NCBI GenBank assembly: GCA_041500085.1 | Contig: JBGQLM010000003.1 | Coordinates: forward strand, 108 to 64,107 | DNA from: Geobacteraceae bacterium | Lineage (GTDB): Bacteria; Desulfobacterota; Desulfuromonadia; Geobacterales; DSM-12255 | Length of the DNA stretch: 64,000 bases | Direction: 5' to 3' | Shown here: positions 58,033-64,000 of the stretch, piece by piece | How the letters are laid out: the number at the start of each line of letters is the position of its first letter | Numbering within the stretch: position 1 is the first letter of the stretch | The notes under the pieces: model-generated | What the model was told of the DNA's origin: nothing | The model's input: the letters and a program-made list of their open reading frames with translations, nothing else | The model's database searches: none | Program-made: the position numbers and the translations under genes

Positions 58033-59285
58033 CCCCTGAAGGCTGGCAAAAAGCGCATATTTCAGACCTTATTGCTTCACTTGATGCAGGCGTGAGTGTA
58101 AATGGAATGGATCGTCAAAAATGCGATGGCGAAGTTGGTGTTTTGAAAGTGAGTGCGGTTACATATGGCGTTTTCAATCCCAAAGCCAACAAGGCTGTTA
58201 TTAAAGAAGACATTTGCAGGGTAAAAGAGTCGCCACAGCGAGGTCATATTATTGTGAGCAGGAGTAATTCGCCAGAGCTGGTCGCAGCAAGTGCGCTGGT
58301 TGATAAGGATTATCCTGATCTCTTCTTGTCAGATAAACTTTGGCAACTCAAACCGAAAAGTGGAAAACAATTTTGTGTTGAGTGGCTAGCTTTTTACCTG
58401 GATTCCCCTCCTGTCCGATACAGACTTTCAAAGTTAGCGACTGGTACAAGCGATAGTATGAAGAACATCTCAAAGACCGATCTGCTCAGATTAAAAGTGA
58501 ACTTTCCTCCTTTTGCAGAGCAAAAGGAAATTGCCAAGATATTGAGTTGTTATAGCAGTTCCATCGACCTCACCGAACGCCTGATCGCCGCCAAGCAGGA
58601 GCGCCGCACATGGCTCATGCAGCAGCTTTTGACCGGGCAACGTCGGCTGCCGGGGTTTGAATGCAGTCTAGAACGCCACAAAACTCCTTTTGGAACGCTA
58701 CCCGCAGATTGGGCTTACCCTCGCATAGGTGAGGTAGCCAAGGAAGTTTCCGAACGCAACGGCGACGAAACCGGGCGTCCGGTTCTCTCCTGTACCAAGC
58801 ACAAAGGGTTGGTGGATAGCCTGGCCTACTTCGGTAAACAGATTTTCAGTGAAGACCTCTCAAACTACAAAGTCGTCTGCAAAGATCATTTTGCTTATGC
58901 TACCAATCACATCGATGAAGGGTCCATAGGATATCAGCAAACCTACGATGAAGCTCTTATCAGCCCCATCTACACCGTTTTCCAGACCGACAAAACTATT
59001 GATGACAGGTTTCTGTTTTTGATTCTGAAGACCGAAACCTATCGCCATATCTTCGCCAGCAATACCAGCGCTTCGGTTGATCGCCGGGGGAGCCTGCGTT
59101 GGAGCGACTTCGCCAAGATTCATGTGCCACGTCCCTCCATGGAGGAGCAGCAGGCAATCGTCGCAGTTTTCGAAACCGACGGCCGCGAACTCGACCTCCT
59201 TCGTACTCAGCTCGATGCCCTGCTGGAGCAGAAGAAGGGGTTGATGCAACAGCTGTTGACCGGCAAGGTACGGGTGAAGGTGTAA
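58029..59285 (+). CDS. hsdS: type I restriction-modification specificity subunit, full length (two target-recognition domains)
   Basis: 418 aa with two TRDs. Each is followed by a conserved region ending LMQQLLTG (FPPFAEQKEIAKIL...WLMQQLLTGQ and RPSMEEQQAIVAVF...GLMQQLLTGK). Confidence 0.88.
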   Translation: MTPEGWQKAHISDLIASLDAGVSVNGMDRQKCDGEVGVLKVSAVTYGVFNPKANKAVIKEDICRVKESPQRGHIIVSRSNSPELVAASALVDKDYPDLFLSDKLWQLKPKSGKQFCVEWLAFYLDSPPVRYRLSKLATGTSDSMKNISKTDLLRLKVNFPPFAEQKEIAKILSCYSSSIDLTERLIAAKQERRTWLMQQLLTGQRRLPGFECSLERHKTPFGTLPADWAYPRIGEVAKEVSERNGDETGRPVLSCTKHKGLVDSLAYFGKQIFSEDLSNYKVVCKDHFAYATNHIDEGSIGYQQTYDEALISPIYTVFQTDKTIDDRFLFLILKTETYRHIFASNTSASVDRRGSLRWSDFAKIHVPRPSMEEQQAIVAVFETDGRELDLLRTQLDALLEQKKGLMQQLLTGKVRVKV

Positions 59286-59289
59286 CTGC

Positions 59290-59324
59290 GCCCCCTCCCT
59301 GGCCCTCCCCCGCTGGGGGAGGGT
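59290..59324 (+). repeat. GC-rich REP-like hairpin repeat, degenerate copy R2
   Basis: GCCCCCTCCCTGGCCCTCCCCCGCTGGGGGAGGGT, with stem CCCTCCCCC (59303-59311) / GGGGGAGGG (59315-59323). Confidence 0.8.
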
Positions 59325-59362
59325 AACGACCAAAGAACTCCATTGGTGGCGGAAGGTGTTAA

Positions 59363-59400
59363 CTCCTCCCCCCAGCGGGGGGAGGTCGGGAGGGGGGAAG
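59363..59400 (-). repeat. GC-rich REP-like hairpin repeat, inverted copy R3
   Basis: The reverse complement is CTTCCCCCCTCCCGACCTCCCCCCGCTGGGGGGAGGAG, which is 37/38 identical to R1. Confidence 0.9.
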
Positions 59401-59426
59401 AAGTGGCAGTAAGAGGGACAGAAGCC

Positions 59427-59864
59427 ATGGTCGACCAAGCAGACAAAAAACTCTTCATCCCGACACCGGTTCCACTTCCCCTGCTCGCAGCAGCCCGCGC
59501 ACTGCGGCAGAGCATGACTGATGCCGAGCAGTTACTATGGCATTGCCTGAGACGCAAGCAGCTTGGCGGATTCAGATTTCGCAGACAGCATCCAATCGAG
59601 CGTTTTGTTCTGGACTTTTATTGCTGCGAAGCAAAGCTGGCAATCGAACTTGACGGCGGACAGCACAACGAGCCGGGCTCAAAAGTCCGTGACAGCGAAC
59701 GCACAGCACTACTTGCGGCTCATGGCGTTCATGTGCTTCGTTTCTGGAATAATGAGGTGTTCACCAATATTGAAGGTGTGCTGCAGAGTATTTATGATTC
59801 GTTGCTGAAGTTGGAAGCCCCCCTCCCGGCCTCCCCCCGCTGGGGGGAGGAGACGAAGGAGTAA
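59427..59864 (+). CDS. DUF559 (Vsr-like) endonuclease-domain protein
   Basis: I moved the start to ATG 59427 because the track TTG at 59343 reads through repeat R3. Motifs are LRQSMTDAEQLLWHCLRRKQLGGFRFRRQHPIERFVLDFYCCEAKLAIELDGGQH...HGVHVLRFWNNEV. The last 15 codons are encoded by repeat R4. Confidence 0.8.
   Translation: MVDQADKKLFIPTPVPLPLLAAARALRQSMTDAEQLLWHCLRRKQLGGFRFRRQHPIERFVLDFYCCEAKLAIELDGGQHNEPGSKVRDSERTALLAAHGVHVLRFWNNEVFTNIEGVLQSIYDSLLKLEAPLPASPRWGEETKE
59817..59852 (+). repeat. GC-rich REP-like hairpin repeat, copy R4
   Basis: 59818-59852 is identical over 35 nt to 56810-56844 (R1). The stem is 59830-59838 / 59842-59850. Confidence 0.9.
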
Positions 59865-59869
59865 CGGAT

Positions 59870-59956
59870 CATTTTCCTGACGTCAGGAAAATGGTAAACG
59901 GAAATTGTCGGAGATGACATGAATTATTTTTTGGACGGAATGAGCGGAAAATGGTA
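59870..59956. promoter_or_regulatory. 24-bp perfect palindrome plus a repeated GGAAAATGGTA 11-mer upstream of hsdR
   Basis: CATTTTCCTGACGTCAGGAAAATG spans 59870-59893. GGAAAATGGTA occurs at 59886-59896 and again at 59946-59956. Confidence 0.75.
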
Positions 59957-59972
59957 TGAAAATAGGTAACAC

Positions 59973-60034
59973 ACCCGCCACGCCACTCTCTCCCTGCAGC
60001 ACGGAGATGACGCGTAACTATGGCGGGTTTTTTT
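59973..60034 (+). terminator. terminator-like structure directly upstream of the hsdR ribosome-binding site
   Basis: An outer stem ACCCGCCA (59973-59980) / TGGCGGGT (60021-60028) encloses an inner stem TCTCC (59989-93) / GGAGA (60003-07). A T7 run follows (60028-60034). The GGAGA SD and ATG 60051 come next. Confidence 0.35.
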
Positions 60035-60050
60035 ATTTGGAGAGCATTAC

Positions 60051-63000
60051 ATGAATCTCTCTTACCTCGAAGATTTCGACTCCGTCATCCCGGCGATTCA
60101 GGTGCTTCACGCCCTTGGCTGGCAATACCTGAGCCGGGAAGAGGCGCTGCGACTGCGCAACGGCAAGCAACATCAGGTCGTATTGACCGAAGTGCTGCGC
60201 CCCTGGCTGGAAGCCAACAACCGGATCGAGGTGAAGGGGGAGACGCATCTGTTCAGCGATGCCAATATCGTCGAGGCGATGCGAAAACTGACCGACGAGC
60301 CGTTCGACGGTTTGGTACGGACCAACGAAAAAATCTACCATCTGCTCACCCTGGGAACCAGCCTGGACCAGACCATCTCCGGCGACCGTAAGGGGCGCTC
60401 GCTCCACTACATCGACTGGCAGCATCCCGAGAACAACGTTTACCACGTGACCAACGAGTTCGCCGTGGAACGGAGCCGCTCCCATGAGACCGCCCGGCCC
60501 GATCTGGTTCTGTTCGTAAACGGCATCCCCTTCGTGGTCATCGAGTGCAAGCGGCGGGACAAGGATCAGCAGGCTGGCGAGAAGCAGATCGAAACCGCCA
60601 TCTCTCAGCATACCCGCAACCAGAAGGACGACTATATCCCGCACCTGTTCCAGTTCGCCCAGCTCCTCATCGGCAGCAGCGTCAACGAGATCCGCTACGC
60701 CACCGTAGGGACACCGCGCAAGTACTGGAGCGTCTGGAAGGAAGAAGGGGCGTTTGACCAGGCCGTTCATGCCACCGCCAACACACGTCTGCCTGCGGAG
60801 GTGGAGGCAAAGCTCTTTGCCCCTTTGGAGGAAAAGGACGCTGCGGCCTTCCGTGACGCCCGTCAATACTTCGCCGAGTTGTGGGCGTGCGGTGACCGCC
60901 TGCCGACTGCCCAGGACAAGACTTTGTGGGCATTATTACGTCCATCTCGGCTGCTGGAGCTGGTCTACGGCTACGTGGTCTTCGATGCCGGGGTGCGCAA
61001 GATTGCCCGCTACCAGCAGTATTTTGCCGTCAAGCAGACCGTGGAGCGGGTCATGCCACTCAGGGAGGGGCACCGGCAGGGGGGCGTCATCTGGCACACC
61101 ACCGGCAGCGGCAAGTCGCTGACCATGGTGATGCTGGCCAAGGCGCTGGCGCTCCATCCGGCCATCAGCAGTCCCCGCGTCATCATCGTTACCGACCGGG
61201 TAGATCTGGACGACCAGATCTGGCGCACCTTCGGGGCCTGCGGCAAGACAGCCGAGAAGGCAACCACCGGCGAGCACCTGGTGCGGCTTATTACCGAGGG
61301 GAAGGCCAGCGTCATCACCACCATCATCAACAAATTCAGCACTGCCAAGGCGAAGTATGGCGTCACCGATACCAACCCCAACATCTTTGTGCTGGTGGAC
61401 GAGAGCCACCGTACCAACTACGGCGCCACAGCGGCCCAGATGCGGCGGGTCTTTGCCAACGCCTGTTACCTGGGTTTTACCGGCACCCCGCTCTTGAAGA
61501 ACGAAAAAAGCACTGCCCGCAAATTCGGCGGCTTCATCCACTCCTACACCATGCGTCAGGCGGTGGAGGATGAGGCGGTGGCGCCGCTGCTCTATGAAGG
61601 GCGTATGGCACTGCTGGAGCAGAACCGGGAGGCGATGCAGCGCTGGTTCGACCGGGTGACCGCAAACCTCAGCGCCGCGCAGAAGGCCGACCTGAAACGG
61701 AAGATGGCCACCAAGGAGGCGGTACAGAAGGCCGAACAGCGGCTGCGGCTGATCGCCTACGACATCAGCGTTCATTACCGCGACAACTTCCAGACGACCG
61801 GTTTCAAGGCGCAACTGGCGGCCGATTCCCGCACCAGCGCCATCAGCTACCGCAAGTTTTTCAAGGAATACGGCATGGTGGCGGCAGAGGTAATCATGTC
61901 CCAGCCCGATACCCGCAAAGACCACGAATCCACCGAGGAGGAAGACGAATCCGTTGTCAATGCCTTCTGGAAGGAGATGATGGGGCGCTTCGGCAAGGAG
62001 GAGGAGTATGTCAAACAGCTGATCGCCTCCTTCGGCCGGGCCGACGGCGTAGAGATCCTGATTGTGGTGGACAAGCTGCTGACCGGCTTTGACGAGCCGC
62101 GCAACACGATGCTCTACATAGACAAGGCCCTCAAGGAGCACAGCATCCTCCAGGCCATTGCCCGAGTAAACCGTATCTTTACCGGCAAGGATTTTGGCCA
62201 TATCGTCGATTATCGCGGCGTGCTGGGCGAGCTGAACGAGGCGATGAACACCTATGATGCCCTGGGTGGTTTTGATCCGGCTGATGTGGACATGACCGGG
62301 GCGATCATCGACACCCACGCCGAGGTGCGGACCCTGCCGCAAAAGCATACCGATCTGTGGGACGTGTTCAAGGAGGTTGCCAACAAGCACGATAACGAGG
62401 CCATGGAGCAGCACCTGGCTCCGGAAGATCGGCGACAGGCCTTCTATGAGGCGTTAACGACCTTTCAGCAGACTCTTGCGGTGGCGCTGTCCACGGAGCA
62501 CTTCTACGAGGACACACCTGCCGAACGGATCAAGGTCTACAAGGACGATCTGAAGCGCTTCCGCAGCCTGCGGGCTTCTGTGCAGCAGCGTTTCGCCGAG
62601 GCCATCGACTACAGCCAGTACGAAAAGCAGATCCGCAAGGTGATGGATAGTCACATCCAGGCTCCGGACGTGGAGGTGGTAACCGGACTGGTCAATATCT
62701 TCGATGTGGAAGCGTTCGATAACGAGGTAGAGCGGCGCATCGGCCCGGCAGCAAAAGCGGACACCATTGCCAACCGGCTGGCAAAGACCATTCATGAGCG
62801 AATGGACGAGGACCCGGTCTTCTTCAGAAAGTTTGCCGACCTGGTGCAGAAGGCCATTGACGATTATCGCCAGCAGCGAATCAGCGATGCGGAATATCTC
62901 CGCCAGGTGTCGGATTTCATGGCCACGATCAGACAAGGTCACGATGCCGAACTGCCGGAGCAACTTGCCAGTTACCGGGAAGCGCCGGCCTATTACGGCG

Positions 63001-63272
63001 TAGTTGGTGAAGTCCTGGAATCCTATGGGCCTGAACAAACGCCGCGAAGGCAGATGGCAACGGAGATGGCAATTGGCATCGAGAAGATTATCGACCCGAT
63101 GAAAGGGCGCGACTGGACCGTGCGGGATGACATCCAGAAAGACATGGCCAACGCCATCGACGACTTCCTCTTCGAAGCACGTGAGCGTTACGGGGTCAGT
63201 CTCAACACGGCTGACATGGATGCCATCATCGAACGCTGCCTCTCCATCGCCAAGAAGCTGGCAGGCGGCTGA
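60051..63272 (+). CDS. hsdR: type I restriction endonuclease subunit R (helicase/nuclease)
   Basis: 1073 aa. The N-terminal nuclease region includes PDLVLFVNGIPFVVIECKR. Helicase motif I is HTTGSGKSLTMV, motif II is FVLVDESHRTNYG, and later motifs include LIVVDKLLTGFDEP and QAIARVNR. Confidence 0.92.
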   Translation: MNLSYLEDFDSVIPAIQVLHALGWQYLSREEALRLRNGKQHQVVLTEVLRPWLEANNRIEVKGETHLFSDANIVEAMRKLTDEPFDGLVRTNEKIYHLLTLGTSLDQTISGDRKGRSLHYIDWQHPENNVYHVTNEFAVERSRSHETARPDLVLFVNGIPFVVIECKRRDKDQQAGEKQIETAISQHTRNQKDDYIPHLFQFAQLLIGSSVNEIRYATVGTPRKYWSVWKEEGAFDQAVHATANTRLPAEVEAKLFAPLEEKDAAAFRDARQYFAELWACGDRLPTAQDKTLWALLRPSRLLELVYGYVVFDAGVRKIARYQQYFAVKQTVERVMPLREGHRQGGVIWHTTGSGKSLTMVMLAKALALHPAISSPRVIIVTDRVDLDDQIWRTFGACGKTAEKATTGEHLVRLITEGKASVITTIINKFSTAKAKYGVTDTNPNIFVLVDESHRTNYGATAAQMRRVFANACYLGFTGTPLLKNEKSTARKFGGFIHSYTMRQAVEDEAVAPLLYEGRMALLEQNREAMQRWFDRVTANLSAAQKADLKRKMATKEAVQKAEQRLRLIAYDISVHYRDNFQTTGFKAQLAADSRTSAISYRKFFKEYGMVAAEVIMSQPDTRKDHESTEEEDESVVNAFWKEMMGRFGKEEEYVKQLIASFGRADGVEILIVVDKLLTGFDEPRNTMLYIDKALKEHSILQAIARVNRIFTGKDFGHIVDYRGVLGELNEAMNTYDALGGFDPADVDMTGAIIDTHAEVRTLPQKHTDLWDVFKEVANKHDNEAMEQHLAPEDRRQAFYEALTTFQQTLAVALSTEHFYEDTPAERIKVYKDDLKRFRSLRASVQQRFAEAIDYSQYEKQIRKVMDSHIQAPDVEVVTGLVNIFDVEAFDNEVERRIGPAAKADTIANRLAKTIHERMDEDPVFFRKFADLVQKAIDDYRQQRISDAEYLRQVSDFMATIRQGHDAELPEQLASYREAPAYYGVVGEVLESYGPEQTPRRQMATEMAIGIEKIIDPMKGRDWTVRDDIQKDMANAIDDFLFEARERYGVSLNTADMDAIIERCLSIAKKLAGG

Positions 63273-63982
63273 TGGGTCAGCAGGATTCCATTACCTGGGG
63301 ATCTACCGAGATCCCCTATCGCTACACCTTTTCCCGCCGGGCGACACTCGCCATTAGTGTGCATCCCGATTTGTCGGTGACGGTCCGGGCTCCCCACGAA
63401 ACTTCAATCGAAACCATTCGCCAGTTTGTTCATCGCCGTGCCGGCTGGATTAGCAAGGCCTGGCGGGATTTCGAGCAGTACCTGCCCAAACAGCCGGAGC
63501 GGCGCTTTATCAGCGGGGAAACCCATCGTTACCTGGGTCGGCAGTACAGGTTGAAGGTGGAACAAGGAGAGTCTGATGCGGTCAAATGTCTGCGTGGCTA
63601 TCTCCGGGTAACCACCAAGGCCGAGCCGAGCTCTGAACATGCAAAAGCACTGCTTGAGGAGTGGTATCGTAGTCATGCCAGGGTTGTATTTCAGGAGCGG
63701 CTGCAGGCTTGTTATCTGCGGGTTCAACGTGAAGGGATTTCTTTTCCGGACATGCTGATCCGCAAGATGGTCAGCCGCTGGGGGAGTTGTTCGTCGGCAG
63801 GACGGATCACCCTGAATCTGGCGCTCATCAAGACCCCGAAAGAGTGCATTGACTACGTTATCATCCATGAACTCTGCCATTTTAAGGTGAAGCACCACGG
63901 GCCGAAGTTCTGGAAGCTTCTGCACCGGCTGATGCCTGATTTTGAGGAGCGGCGCAACAGGTTGAAATTGTATGGGGAGTGA
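63272..63982 (+). CDS. DUF45/YgjP-like (M48-related) zinc metallopeptidase
   Basis: 236 aa. The ATG overlaps the hsdR stop (TGATG). Motifs are WGSCSSAGRITLNLALIK and the HExxH-containing VIIHELCHFKVKHHGPKFW. Confidence 0.8.
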   Translation: MGQQDSITWGSTEIPYRYTFSRRATLAISVHPDLSVTVRAPHETSIETIRQFVHRRAGWISKAWRDFEQYLPKQPERRFISGETHRYLGRQYRLKVEQGESDAVKCLRGYLRVTTKAEPSSEHAKALLEEWYRSHARVVFQERLQACYLRVQREGISFPDMLIRKMVSRWGSCSSAGRITLNLALIKTPKECIDYVIIHELCHFKVKHHGPKFWKLLHRLMPDFEERRNRLKLYGE

Positions 63983-64000
63983 TGGGTAAATTGCTTTGCT

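Noticed and set aside
60033-63038. Minus-strand ORFs 60033..60866, 60936..62414 (492 aa) and 62454..63038, plus plus-strand 60926..61573
   Set aside because: All overlap hsdR, which carries the helicase motifs I, II and VI. They are long open shadow frames, as expected in roughly 60 % GC DNA.
63404-63925. 173-aa minus-strand ORF
   Set aside because: It is antisense to the DUF45 peptidase gene, which contains the HExxH site.

Overview
This window appears to be centred on the chromosomal replication origin of a Geobacter/Desulfuromonadales-like bacterium. That placement is inferred from gene order and protein motifs; no database search was possible. Core genes: a minus-strand block rpmH-rnpA-yidD-yidC-mnmE-mnmG-rsmG (17.9-24.2 kb) diverges from a plus-strand block dnaA-dnaN-recF-gyrB-gyrA (24.6-33.5 kb). 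TTATCAACA DnaA-box variants lie on both sides of dnaA. Left arm: tolQ-tolR-tolA-tolB-pal-ybgF, tatA, nadA, hemH, hemW and a C-N hydrolase. Right arm: gpsA, two sensor kinases, a TPR membrane protein, an HD-GYP protein, an AhbD/NirJ-like radical SAM gene next to hemE, slyX, def, ftsK, rnj and plsC. Accessory material falls in three places. (i) 1-2.05 kb is a GC-rich, translationally coupled DUF898 + M48 protease pair. (ii) 2.1-5.0 kb holds an AT-rich islet of three orphan small genes, a dense array of GCATCTAC repeats and palindromes, and a ParE/RelE-DinJ toxin-antitoxin cassette bracketed by 120-bp direct repeats. (iii) 54.1-64 kb is a GC-rich type I restriction-modification island with extra passenger genes: GIY-YIG, a half-size HsdS, RhuM, a second mosaic HsdS, a DUF559 nuclease and a DUF45/M48-like peptidase. 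These passengers are separated by 38-bp GC-rich hairpin repeats and palindromes, and this island is my best candidate for an uncharacterised composite defence system. I recognised no rRNA, tRNA, CRISPR array, integrase or transposase. I shortened several ORF-track starts (mnmG, rsmG, yidD, recF, slyX, rnj, a hybrid kinase, DUF559). I added rpmH and the partial M48 gene by hand translation. All functional calls rest on motif recognition by eye and need HMM/BLAST confirmation.
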